This document shows positions 24,040 through 37,857 of a stretch of 64,000 nucleotides of DNA, one piece after another (the first letter of the stretch is position 1; every line of letters begins with the position of its first letter). The position numbers were made by a program, and so were the translations under genes. The notes beneath the pieces were generated by a model. That model did no database searches. It saw only the letters and a list, made by a program, of their open reading frames with translations, and had not been told where the DNA came from. Location: the NCBI RefSeq assembly GCF_006345805.1, contig NC_043003.1, positions 116,374,001-116,438,000 on the forward strand. Reading direction: 5' to 3'. Source of the DNA: Octopus sinensis. Its lineage: Eukaryota.

Positions 24040-25000
24040 AAATGTTTCCGAAAGTCATGAGTGGTATATTGTTTTTGATTTTATAAGCATGTTTTGGGAT
24101 TTTATAAGCATAAGTTGTTTGTCATATCGAATTCAAAAAGGTGCTCAAGGTTGTTGTCGGAAAGATGGTGGATAATCTTGTGGGTGTTTTCGAAGCCAGT
24201 TGCCAGATCCCGGAGTTTAATTGCATCTATGCCCAGAGAAGGAAGACGTGCAGAGTATGTTAGATGTCGGACGGTAGGTTTTCGTTTTGTTGCACATTTC
24301 TAAAGATTAATGTGCTGAGGAAGACAGAGGTTCCAGACTGGTAATGCACATTCCAAGTGTGGACGTACCATTTTCGTATACAATTTTAAATAGAGAACTG
24401 AGTGATGCTGCCACTCTCCCAGACTTCTTGACAACCTTAGAGATGTGGTGTATCCAAAACAAATCGTTGTTTACAATAATGCTCAGATCACGTCCGCTAG
24501 AAGACTTGTTGAGATTGGTATTGCTGAGGGAGTTTGTAAAAGCTGGATTTTTCCTCCCAAAATGCATAATGACTCACTGGTCCAGAGCTAGCATGAGTAC
24601 CCAGTCAGAGATCCATTGCTACATTGTATCCAGGTCTGATTGCAAGAAAGCTCTATAGCGCATAGGGTCTGTTTTGTTTTTTTTAATATCGAGATACAGC
24701 TTGATGTCATCTGCGTATTTCAGCACTGTAACATTTCACAAACTGGCATCTATATCATTAATATATGCATGAAACAGTAGGGGTGGAAAGAATGATCCCT
24801 GTGGTACACCAGAAGTCATGTCATAGGGTGAAGAATGATGTCCTAGAACAGTAACTCACTCTTTCCGACCGAGATTGAATGACTTCAGCCAGTTACAAAA
24901 ATCATCCTCCATACTCATTGCAGAGAGTTCTACCAGTAACTCGGGTGATGTCCTCAAGAAACTCGATGAGTTGACTACAGTAGCTGGAGTAAAAACCAAA
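24040..25000 (-). mobile_element. CR1-like LINE RT fragment
   Basis: LVELSAMSMEDDFCNWLKSF..SGVPQGS..YINDI..LKYADDIKLY (YADD at ~24705-24716)..RDLSIIVNNDLFWIHHISKVVKK. Confidence 0.9.
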
Positions 25001-25488
25001 TTCTGAGGATCGAATAAAGCTGTGAAAGCTCCAAAATTTCCAAAGTGTTTCTCACACACATGATTCCATCAGTCTGGCGATGCAGCTAGTGAGACTGACT
25101 GGACCGTAAGGGAATTTCATTATTTCTAATACGTAATACCCAATGCAACTTACTATATGTTCAAAAATAGGTATATGTGACTATACATTAGTGTTTTAGT
25201 TAAACATTTCCTCGGCAATCTTCTACTTTCGTTGACCTATTAGAACTATATGGCTTTCCTGCTGCTAATTCATCAGATATATGCCATTAAATGGTTATTG
25301 CATTATTATTTTCATCTACAGTGAAAAGAATGTCGGAATAGATATAAAGATGGGCTCCTGTTTAAAATTTCGCCGATGTCCCTGGAAAAGGAGGAAGTAG
25401 GAAAGAGAGTTCGAAAATACAAAAGGTAAATTTCATATACATACATACATATATATATATATATATTATATATATATATATATATATA

Positions 25489-25526
<38 letters not shown>

Positions 25527-26929
25527 ACCCATATAATAAATTCTACCTTCTCTCGAATGCTTTCGCCACCCAAATATTTATTTGCTTTGAAATAATGATT
25601 ATATATTCAACCAATATTAACCCGTTAAACATCGGACATCAGTACAAGTTTCCCTCCGACTTTCTGATCAATTTTTATGAATAGAATCAGAAAAATCTCA
25701 AATATAAAATAAAATATTCACTTGAAAAGAAAGAGTGAGATAAAATGGTGGCGATGTGAACTAAAAAGAATGAGTGAGAAAATAATATTTATATATCTAT
25801 AGAAAAATTGAGATTATATTGGGAAAAACTGTATAGTATTAAAATTATTGAAATATGCATGCGATTAAATTGTAAATATAGTATATTAAAAATGTATATT
25901 CGTGTAAAGACGATAATTATGAAATCGTATATATATTCATGGAAGCGAACATTCTAGGAAAATGTTTGTGGAAATTTATCTTCTGTATGAGAATCAATCC
26001 GAGTATATTAAAATTATTGAAATGAATATATTGAAATATACGCGATTAAACTTTTAAACAAATTATATTAAAATGTATATATGTGTTTGTGTGTGTGACT
26101 GTGTATGTGTGTGTGTGTGCGCGTGTGTGTGTGTATGTATAAGTGCATGTGATATGTGTACGTGTGTGATCGTGTGTTGTGTGTGACTGAGAGAGAGGGG
26201 GAGGTATAACAACACACCAAACCAGATATAAATCTGTATGAATATCGATACGATCACGCACAGATGGAGAGAGTGTGAGAAAGAGTTTGAGAGAGAGTTT
26301 GAGAGGAGAGAGAATTAAAAGAAGAGCGCAAAAAAAATAACGACAACGTTTGAGTTCAGGAGACAAATAAATACATTATACATGAATTGTGATGTGTAAG
26401 AAACATGAGTAGTAACCTATTAGAATGTTCACCGAAAAATCAACAAAAAAAGTGTGTTATGAAAAATATGGCAATGAAAGGAGCAGACGGGGACCTAATG
26501 TTTCGTGCCGTATTTTTATCAGCGACAAATGACAGACATGATAGGTAAGAAAACATTGAAATGATACCGAAATTACTACGCCTAGTTACATTGCACGTAT
26601 GTACATACATACATACATGCTTTCTGCAATTCGATTTCGAGTGATGACATGGCGTGTTTGTTATTTTAAAGACGAGTAGCACAGATCTGGCATTTCCGAC
26701 CAGCTGAGCATTTACAATTCTTTTGTACAGACGTGACAGAGATGCGCAGATCTTTTACGGTTGGTGTTACACTATGTTTTGCTGAATGTTCATAATACTT
26801 TTCATTCTGATTCCTGTCGCACATTCTTTTCCACTCTAATGGCAAAGAGATATGCCTAGTAAGGTACTGCTAGCAATAGCCCTGCGTGCTTGGCTTCTTT
26901 GATGGTTTACCTAGACAGACAAGACCACG

Positions 26930-27465
26930 AACCTTGCAATCTCCTAGCGACGGCACCAGTAGACAAGCCTGGTTTCGGGATATTTCTGTCAGTCCTCATT
27001 ACTGGACACCTCGTCTGCTCACTTGATGATAGCAGCTCATTTCTCCACGCAATATATCTATTTCAAGCGAACACACAGTCGCTGATTTTGCAACAAGCAA
27101 AAATGCTAGTTCTAAAATGTCTCTAAGAGATCAACGCAGTAGTTGTACTGACAATAATATTCGTAGCCACTTTAACATGGCTGTCCGTACGAGCGGACTC
27201 TGCTGCGATTTTTTCCTACCCCTAGAGGACATCTCATCTAGCTGGTTAACGATGCACAGCAGCATCCGATAAAATTGCGATCAGGGGAGCGAACCCCTAC
27301 CATCTTCTAGCGACGGGACCAGTATACCAGTTCTGGTTTCGGGCTATTTCTGCTACTCCTCAGTATTGGACAACTAGTCTACTACAGACGATAGCAGCTC
27401 TTTTCTGCAAGCAATATTTTTCTTTCAAGTAAAATATGCTACTTCTAAAATCTCTCTAAGATTAT
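26930..27465. repeat. Old diverged direct duplication (26930-27131 vs 27295-27465)
   Basis: CTAGCGACGG.ACCAGTA..CTGGTTTCGGG.TATTTCTG..GATAGCAGCTC..TTCTAAAAT.TCTCTAAGA occurs in both. Confidence 0.8.
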
Positions 27466-28174
27466 TTATACTTGTAGAACTGTGGATATTCCACAGAAAG
27501 AAAAGGATTAAGTGACGCTATTTAAAAGATTATATCTTTTTGTCTTGTTGCTAATATATTTCACTTCTAGTCAAAGTAATATGGGATATGACTTAAAAAT
27601 TCCCATCTCCTAAGCACTTCATATGTCTATCTTTCTCTCTACCTATTCAACAAACTTTTTAATCAAGTAATTCCCGTCTTCGTGTTTTTAACAATTCTCT
27701 CTTTCTCTTCATCTCTCACTTCAACCAACCACATGAGTGAGAGCATAATGCATCGGCTGGTTATCTGCTCACCCGCTCTCGCATTCCTTCTTCTTCTCTT
27801 CCAATCCACCCCACCTCTTCTTTAACAAACTAAAGCGTAAAGTGTGAACAAACATCTAGAAGAATGATATTATAGTTTTAGTTCGATAAAAAAAGTACTT
27901 TTCACTATCAACACACAACCACCCGAAAATAGGATGCACGTAACTCAACAGCTTGGCAAAAGAACCAATAGAATAATTAGGAAGCCTATAAAGAAAATAA
28001 GTAGTGAAGTCGATACATTCGACTAAAACAATTCTTTACAGCTGTGCCACAGCTGTATGTGTACAATATGTTCACATAAAACATTTGAGTGGAAACCGGT
28101 TGGGGAATAATTAAGGATCATATCTTCATAGAATACGCAGTTAACCCAGATATGTGTTTGGACACACGATGGTT

Positions 28175-28295
28175 TTCTTTTAGATTCCTTCTACTAAGTC
28201 CACTCACTTGCCCAAATTGTTAGCCTTTGGGACGGAACCTACAAACATAAGGCTTGAAAAGCCAGCTTCTTACCACACAGCCATGCCTGCGCCTA
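28175..28295 (-). mobile_element. Degenerate SINE group B head
   Basis: TTACCACACAGCCATGCCTGCGCCTAT terminus and CCACTCAC/CTTGCCCAA core remnants. Confidence 0.6.
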
Positions 28296-29496
28296 TGTAT
28301 GCTTAGAAATTCTTCTTTTTAAGCATAAAAGCTATCGTGCGGCTTGCGTTAAGGAGAATACTTGTATTGGGAAGAATAATAAATATTATGTCGTCACTGA
28401 TTTCAAAAGAGATCTTGAGATAAATTCTATATTTAAGATAAATTTAGGATTAGTTAATCCACATAAGCTGGTGCTTATGAAATCACATAAATTCGCTATA
28501 TCTTTATGCACGTGTAGATTAGATTAATTTCCTTTAACAAATTTTTCTTAATTTTTATATTTGTGATACAATTCAGAGCAATATTAAGTAGTGCTGCTGT
28601 GGCAGAAATTTTAATAATTTGGCGATTCTTAGACAATTCTTAACGAATTTCTTAAAGCTGTAGTTGTTTTAGATAAGTGTAATATCGAGCAGTCTCTCTG
28701 TGAGAGAAATGTAATATCCTGTTAGATTTTTGTGTAAGATTTCAGTGATATTTATATTACATTTTGAATGTTTGGACATTTTACTGACAGTAGAGATATT
28801 TTTCCCTAGCTTTCAGCAAGGAACCTTAGAGCTTTTTGTGTGAATTTATATAAGTGCCAACTAAAAATTTATAACTATTTTTATTTTTTCTTTCGGCTTT
28901 GATTAATCTAAATAAAGATTTTATGCTTTAATCGTCCATAAAAGTAGAAATAGTTTTTTGACGTGTGAGATGGTTGTGTTTTTATTTCAACTCAGAGATC
29001 AGAAGTAATTTTGGGCCTCGTATATTAAAGCTCCTTTAGTGTTCCACTTGGTTTTCTCATAAGTTCGTATTAAGATTAATATAAATAAGAGTCTATGATA
29101 AGTGGCGTGGTCGATTTGGTATAGATTTTTGGTTTAATCTCTTTCAACAAAGACGTTTTTCTACGTAAGCCAAGAAATCAATATCTGTAATTTTGTCCAA
29201 AAGCTGTTATTCGTTCTCTGATTTTAATAGTCGCGGCCCATGGAAGGAGGTTCTAGTTTGATTGATAGATGAGATTTGTATATGGTGGGTATCGGTGGGT
29301 ATTGACTTATATCGGAGGATATTTGTGGAACTGAAATCCAAAATTTGGTGTTGTTGACTTTTTGATTTATCAGAGGGAATACACCATATTTCATTATATA
29401 TCAAGACATGTTTGTAAGTAATAGCGACAGTATTTTTTGGAAAGTTCAATATAATGCTACACAATTTAAGGTAGTAGATAGTAAACAGCTTAATAC

Positions 29497-29610
29497 TGGT
29501 TTCAAGTATTGGCACAAAGCCAGCAACTTGGGGGGAATAAAATTAAGTCGATCGCATCGATCCCAGTGGTCAAATGGACTTGTTTTATCGAATCCGAAAT
29601 CAAGAATGAT
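29497..29610 (-). mobile_element. Degenerate SINE group C 3' fragment
   Basis: GGTTTCAAGTATTGGCACAA..AAGTCGAT..ATCGATCCCAGT. Confidence 0.6.
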
Positions 29611-30251
29611 TAGATTTGGCCAGGAGACATTTCAATGTCAAAACGGACAAAATGTCGATATAATATTTCGTTATAGGTATACTGGCGAACTTTTATTTCA
29701 TTCGCAATTACAGTTTATTATATCATTGAGTAAATTAATATATTTATATTGTTTTTATTGCGGTTTATTTCTGGAGACTATGAAGAGGAGGAAATATAGA
29801 CGGGACAAATATTGGGATTGACATTCGAAAATAAGAAGCTTTGAATTCCAGTCTTTCTATAAACTCAGATTCGATAGTTGGTGATTCAAAATTATAGCGT
29901 GAAAAAGGTTAGTTTATGTAAATGATTCGTAGTTGGAAAGGGAAGTGACATATTATTGTTATATCAAATGTAACTTTTGGAGGGGAAAAAAGAACTGTTT
30001 CGTAAAACCAACTTTGAATTTCAGCAAAAATTAGATCTACTTGTGCATATCATACTCATATATATATATATATATATATATGATGAATTTATATATATAT
30101 ATTACATACGTGCACACACACACACACAACACTCATATAGATGCACATGTACATATATACTTACACATATATGTGAGTGTGTGTGTATAAGTGAATGAGT
30201 GTATGTGGGTGTATATGTAGGCATAAATATATTCATATACATATATATATA

Positions 30252-30296
<45 letters not shown>

Positions 30297-30589
30297 TATA
30301 TATATATACATATATATATATATATTATATATACATAGACACACATCTACACACAAATTCTCCCAGTATTCAGCGATATTTTTCCACATATGTTTATGTG
30401 TAGATATATGTGATTACGAATGTATTTGTTGACTTCATTCAAAATATTTTATTAGTGTTTTCTATGCTTTTCGCATAATTGTCAATTTTCTAACGTAGCT
30501 ACAAAAAGTGAAATAAAGAACACATACATACATATATATATATATTTGCACGTGTATATATATAGATATATATGTATGCACATACATAT

Positions 30590-31183
30590 GTATATATGTA
30601 TATATATACACACGCACATATGTATATATATATATATATGCATAGACATATATACATAATTGTATAGATACATCTACCTATGTATATATATACATACGTA
30701 TAATGCACACACACACAGATACGTATAAGTATGTGTATATATATATATGTATAATGCACACACACATATGCGTATAAGTATGTGTATATATATATGTTTG
30801 TTGTACAACATATATATACACACAGACATACGTATATATTTGCAAGAAATATATTGATTAACAATTCTGTTTCGCATTTTGTATTTTTATATATCCAACC
30901 GCAAAATATATTTAAAAGTTTTGTCCGTTGCCTTTGAATAAACTAATTATATTCTCGGCAAATTGAAGTGGTTATATGGCCGCAGGATAAATTTTGAAAT
31001 TCCGCTGGTCTTTCAGCTTCAGGCAAGATTTCTTTGAAATATTTCCAATCATCGCTTCCATTATACATTTACCTTACTCAAACCCTTCTCTAGTTCATTC
31101 CACTTGCTTGTATTCACTGACACTTAGATTTACCATCTTTGCATTCACTTCCTTCTGTCACTCTCATTCTTCCTCTCGCGCCG

Positions 31184-31241
<58 letters not shown>

Positions 31242-32651
31242 ATTATATATATATATATAATATATATATATATAATATATTATATATATGTATATATATA
31301 TATATGTATATATTATATATTATATATATATATGTATATATATATATGTATGTTTGTATGTGTGTATCAGTATTTTCATAAGCTCTTATAAGCATACATA
31401 GAGAGATTCAGAGAAAGCTAGATTATAGATTGATAACTATATGAATATAAATATGCATATTTTCACACATATATACAAATATATGGACGCGCGCGTGTAT
31501 GTCGCCATGAGTCACTGTTTCTCGCAACATTTTCCTCATTGTCTTAATATGTTAATATAATTTGTTGTCAATTATTTCGTTCTTTTTTACATTGTTTCTT
31601 CCCACCTCTTCAGATTATAATTGGGATCTTAAAGACCATCACTTTCTACATTGCTTTTTTTGTTTTTTATCTCCGTAGGAAAATTGGATAATGGACGAAG
31701 ACCATTTATACACGCAGGAAGCAAACGCACTAACAGTCTAGAATAAACTGATTATATGAGTAACCACGTATAAACACACATAAAGTGTATATATACAGTA
31801 CACAAACAACACTGTTATACACGTGTGCTTGTATGTGAGGTGTGTCTACGAGTCCGTGACGGATAGAGAGTGTCTGCGTGTGTCTTCGATCGAATACGTG
31901 TGACAATATAAACTCTATCTATACCTGTATAGATAAATATACACATAACACGTAAATACACATACCCATACAAACACGCACACACGCACACACCACATGT
32001 GTATATATATGTATCTATATATATATCTATATATAGAGATGTATGTATAATATATATATATAATGTATATATGTATATATATACACACGCACATATGTAT
32101 ATATATATATATGCATAGACATATATACATAATTGTATAGATACATCTACCTAGGTATAATATCATACGTATAATGCACACACACACAGATACGTATAAG
32201 TATGTGTATATATATATATGTATAATGCACACACACATATGCGTATAAGTATGTGTATATATATATTTTGTTGTACAACATATATATACACACAGACATA
32301 CTATATATTTGCAAGAAATATATTGATTAACAATTCTGTTTCGCATTTTGTATTTTTATATATCCAACCGCAAAATATATTTAAAAGTTTTGTCCGTTGC
32401 CTTTGAATAAACTAATTATATTCTCGGCAAATTGAAGTGGTTATATGGCCGCAGGATAAATTTTGAAATTCCGCTGGTTTTCAGCTTCAGGCAAGATTTC
32501 TTTGAAATATTTCCAATCATCGCTTCCATTACCATTTACCTTACTCAAACCCTTCTCTAGTTCATTCCACTTGCTTGTATTCACTGACACTTAGATTTAC
32601 CATCTTTGCATTCACTTCCTTCTGTCACTCTCATTCTTCCTCTCCGCGCCG

Positions 32652-32736
<85 letters not shown>

Positions 32737-33520
32737 ATAATATATATATATATATTATTGATGTATATATTATATATGTATATATATATATATGTATATA
32801 TATATATGTATATATATATATGTATGTTTGTATGTGAGTATCAGTATTTTCATAAGCTCTTATAAGCATACATAGAGAGATTCAGAGAAAGCTAGATTAT
32901 AGATTGATAACTAATGACTATAAATATGGCATATTTTCACACATATATACAATATATGGACGCGCGCGTGTATGTCGCCATGATTCACTGTTTCTCGCAA
33001 CATTTTCCTCATTGTCTTAATATGTTATATAATTTGTTGTCAATTATTTCGTTCTTTTTTACATTTTCCTTCCCACCTCTTCAGATTATAATTGGGATCT
33101 TAAAGACCATCACTTTCTACATTGCTTTTTTGTTTTTTATCTCCGTAGGAACATTGGATAATGGACGAAGAATTTATACACGCAGGAAGCAAACGCACTA
33201 ACAGTCTAGATAAACTGATTATATAGTACCACGTATAAACCACACATAAATTGTATATACAGTACACAAACAACACTGTTATAACACCGTGTGCTTGTAT
33301 GTGAGGTTTGTCTACGAGTCCGTGACGATATAGAGAGTTCTGCGGTGTCTTCGATCGAATACGTTGACAAATAAACTCTATCTATACCTGTAAGATAAAT
33401 ATACACATAACACGTAAATACATACCCCTCACAACACGCACACACGCACACACGCACATGTGTATATATTATCTATATTATATCTATATATAGATGTATG
33501 TATATATATATATATATGTA
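30590..33520. repeat. ~1.47-kb tandem duplication (probable assembly artefact)
   Basis: GCAAGAAATATATTG anchor at 30842 and 32311; the copies differ mostly by 1-bp indels. Confidence 0.85.
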
Positions 33521-33546
33521 TATATATGATATATATATATATACAA

Positions 33547-33593
<47 letters not shown>

Positions 33594-33712
33594 ACCATAT
33601 ATACGCACTCAGAAATACACACGCAACGCATATATCTATATAAATATATGTATGTATAATATATATATATATAATATATATAGATATATATATATTTATA
33701 TAATACATATCA

Positions 33713-33749
<37 letters not shown>

Positions 33750-33750
33750 C

Positions 33751-33785
<35 letters not shown>

Positions 33786-34143
33786 ACATACATATATTTT
33801 TATATATATATGCGTTTGCGTGTGTATTTCTGATGCGTATATATGGTTGTGTGTAATATATATATATATATATATAATATATATATATAGATTGTTGTAT
33901 ATATATATATCATATATATATACATATATACATATATATATTATCATACATCTATATATATAATATATATGATACATATATATACACATGTGCGTGTGTG
34001 CGTGTGTGCGTGTGTGCGTGTTTTGTATGGGTATGTGTATTTACGTGTTATGTGTATATTTATCTATACAGGTATAGATAGAGTTTATATTGTCACACGT
34101 ATTCGATCGAAGACACACGCAGACACTCTCTATCCGTCACGGA
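33319..34143. repeat. Fold-back inverted repeat, ~400-bp arms including microsatellite
   Basis: 33986-34143 is the reverse complement of 33319-33462 and 31855-32000. Confidence 0.85.
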
Positions 34144-34498
34144 TATAGATGCGTTTGCGTGTGTATTTCTGAGTGCGTATATATGGTTGTATTTCCTTGT
34201 GTAATTATTAGCGAGTGTATATCAGAATGTACGCCTCTATTTGCATGCATGAACACTGTATTCTTTGCGATACTTTCTTTCGCAGTCTACTCACATTCTG
34301 TCATAATAGGCCATTTGCTGTATTATTTTTCTATCTTAAAATAATTTTCACACGATCATATTAGCACTTCATCGCAGAACGTTTAAATTGAAATGGTCGG
34401 CTGCTTCGCGTAGTAATTCGTATCGCTTCATACGCACCCGTACACACATACATACACACACACGCATACTGTTTTCATATATTCATACATTTTTGTAT

Positions 34499-34543
<45 letters not shown>

Positions 34544-34660
34544 CTACATACCTGTATGTCTTGATATATATATATATATACATATATATACATATATATA
34601 CATATATATGTATATATATACATATATATATGTACATATATATATACTACATATATATAC

Positions 34661-34691
<31 letters not shown>

Positions 34692-35164
34692 CATATATAT
34701 ATGTATATATGTATATGTATACATATATGCCAATATATATATACAGTTATGTGTGGTGGTGTATATATAAAATTGTATAATATTGTAAATTTATGTAAAT
34801 GTGTTTGTCTTCTTTTTTTATTGTAGTTGTTTTTAGTTCGTGTCTGTGGTTTAGAGTAGCGTGTATCGACGTCTAAGTATACGCAGAGGCTACTTGTTAT
34901 TTTCCTTCTATATTTTTCTCATATTAAATCACAAATTGCTGATTTCTATTTTGGTAATCTCTCTTAATAGACTTATGACGTCTTGAATATGTGCTTCAGT
35001 GTTTATTTTCTCACAAAATTTGTCTCTCTCAAACTTGATCTCTCTCTCTCTCACATACACAAAGACACACATATAAGTGCTCTAACATTTTAAAATACAT
35101 CGAGATACACGTATGAATATAGTGAATATATTTATCTATAACCACTCTGTCTACGCACACATTC

Positions 35165-35207
<43 letters not shown>

Positions 35208-35377
35208 CATAAACATAGGGACAAGAGCAGAGGGACAAACAAAAATGCTTTATTTTTTCTAAATTGTCAGTATGGTCTAAAGTTGAAGTTCCCTTATTTC
35301 ATTTTCATTGTGAACTGGATCGATTCATGAAAGCTATGCATATGTTTATGGGTTATTGTATGGCCATTTCTAATTCA

Positions 35378-35730
35378 TTAGCAATATATGAAGCAGCTAT
35401 CCAGGAAACCTTTCAACATCTCTTTTAAATAGAATTGGGTATGTTGATGAAAATTCCTGAAAGAGCAGAGATAATTTTCTTCGAGCAGTTCCAATGCTAT
35501 TGTTACAAGTATAGATTTAACTTTCGTTCCCATTGCCCTCGTATATGATGAAGGTAACAAGAGTTATCAAAGAGGAAGTAGTTTTCTATCACCAGTCGAA
35601 ATCCTTCGAGTATAAATTCTTTGGGAAATCTTTCCACAATTCTGTGTGGGTGTTTCTCTATCCAGATATCTACTGCTTCTAATCCTAATCCACGTGAGAT
35701 ATTAGTGCTGAAGTTAGTCACATCGAACCT
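35378..35730 (-). mobile_element. Penelope-like element reverse transcriptase fragment
   Basis: FDVTNFSTNISRGLGLEAVDIWIEKHPHRIVERFPKEFILEGFRLVIENYFLFD..(G)AMGTK..LELLEENY matches PLE RT motifs DVxxLYTNI and GxAMG. Confidence 0.8.
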
Positions 35731-35761
35731 TACTAGGTTTGTCTTAATATTCGTTATCTCT

Positions 35762-36364
35762 AAGGCGGCGAGCTGGTAGAAACGTTAGCACGCCTGGCGA
35801 AATGCTTTGCGGTATTTCGTCTACCGCTACGTCCTGACTTCAAATTCCGCCGAGGTCGACTTTGCCTTTCATCCTTTCGTAAAGACAGACGAAAAGCTAT
35901 ATATGAGGAATTAAAATATTCTTTTCTACTCTAGGCACAAAGCCTTAAATTTTGAGGGAGGAGGATATTCAATTAGGTCATTCCCAGTACACAACTGGTA
36001 CTTAGCTTATCGACCCCGAAAGGATGAAAGGCAAAGTGAACCTCGGCGGAATTTGAACTCAGAACGTAAAACCAGACGAAATACCGCTAAGTATTTCGCC
36101 CGGTGTGCCAACGTTTCTGCCAGATCGCCACCTTTCTGTAGAAATATATTCTTTTCTACTGTAGGCACAAGGCCCGAAATTTGGGATGAGGGGACCAGTC
36201 GATTATATCGACCTCATTATGCAACTGGTACTTATTTAATCAGCCCCGAAAGAATGAAACACAAAGTCGACCTCGGAGGTATTTGAACTCAGATTGAAAA
36301 GACTGACAAAATACCGCAAAGCATTCCGTCCAGCTTGCTAACGTCTCTGCCACTTCGCCGCCTT
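35762..36364. mobile_element. Cluster of three SINE group C copies (plus 35762-35878; minus 35915-36134; minus 36150-36364)
   Basis: Heads AAGGCGGCGAG and cores GTCGACTTTGCCTTTCATCC. Confidence 0.9.
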
Positions 36365-37489
36365 GCAACGAAAAAAATACTGTCTTGCTCAAGGAGATAA
36401 TGCGCCGCCAGGAATCGAACGCACGACCTGTCTATCGTGAACCGAATACTCTAGGCATTCTGCAAAGCTCCTTCTCTCATCTTAACGATATGAAAAACAA
36501 AAAAATGTTTGAGAAGCAGTTAACTGAGACGTGAAAGATAAATTTTAGCCCTTCTTCGGATTTGAACCCCGAACGGAAGGATCTACGATGGATTTGACAA
36601 AATATTTTGTTTTGTATTTTAACGAATCTGCTAATTCGCAGCCACTTCTTCTTAAATAATCCTATTTTTTTAAGCCTGTAACTTTTGTAAGCAATTCATT
36701 CGGCAACTATTGAATAATGCCCAATGCGAATCATGTTATTATTGTATTCGCTGATAAATTTTTCTAGCATAATACAAAAAACGGCAAAGTTATTTATTGT
36801 ATAGTTCGTGCTTCTTGCCGAAAAGGTGGCAAATGTAGATTCACGCCCAACTCTATGGGAAAAATCAATATCGTTCAGAATAATTGAATACAGCTCCAGA
36901 CATGGCAAAAATATGGTTAATTCTTTAGATATAAGTAAAAAATATAGTTAGAAATATTTTTCTATATCTTATTTGTGCACCTTCTTTGCTATATAAATAT
37001 TTCTCTCACAAACCACAATTCGCATTTATGCTTCGCATGCACTTATAAGTTTTCGGCAGCAAGACTTTAAATCAGATTGAATCATAATGAATTTCAGTCC
37101 CTCCATGAAAACTGAATATATAATCTGAAACACTACATGTATGCGTATGTGTGTGTATGTGCATGTCTGTATACGTATGTATGTTTATATATATATATCT
37201 ATCTATGAATGTATGTATACATGCATCATGTATATATACATGTATCTGTGCAGTTTATATTGTCTTTTGGTATGGAACAGAGACCGAATCAGCATTTTCT
37301 CATTTGTATTGTTGCTTTGAATAAGCAGATTTCTTGAATACCATCAACGAAATACTCTTACACGTAGGAACCAAACATGGAAAGCATATTTAATTTTAAA
37401 AACCGTCTTCAATATTCTCGTAATACAGTTCTTATTATGTCGTTGATCTTACTTTGCAGGAAAATATAAAGCAAGCACATTGTTTATTT

Positions 37490-37503
37490 TTATTTTATTA
37501 TTA

Positions 37504-37540
<37 letters not shown>

Positions 37541-37777
37541 GTTTATTATTAATATATTATTATATATATATATATAATATATATATAATATATTTATTTA
37601 TTTATATTATTTAGAGAGAGAAGAGAGAGAGAGATAAATAGATAGATAGATATATATATAGATTATATTCAGGTAGGCACAGATAGAGAGATAGAAATAG
37701 ACAGACAGACAGACAGATAGATAGATAGATAGATAGAGAGATAGATAGATAGATAGCTAGATAGATAGCTAGATAGC

Positions 37778-37811
<34 letters not shown>

Positions 37812-37814
37812 TAT

Positions 37815-37857
<43 letters not shown>

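Noticed and set aside
25322-25425. Candidate 104-nt exon (CATCTACAG|...AAAAG|GTAAAT)
   Set aside because: Stop codons in all three frames; could only be non-coding and is unsupported.
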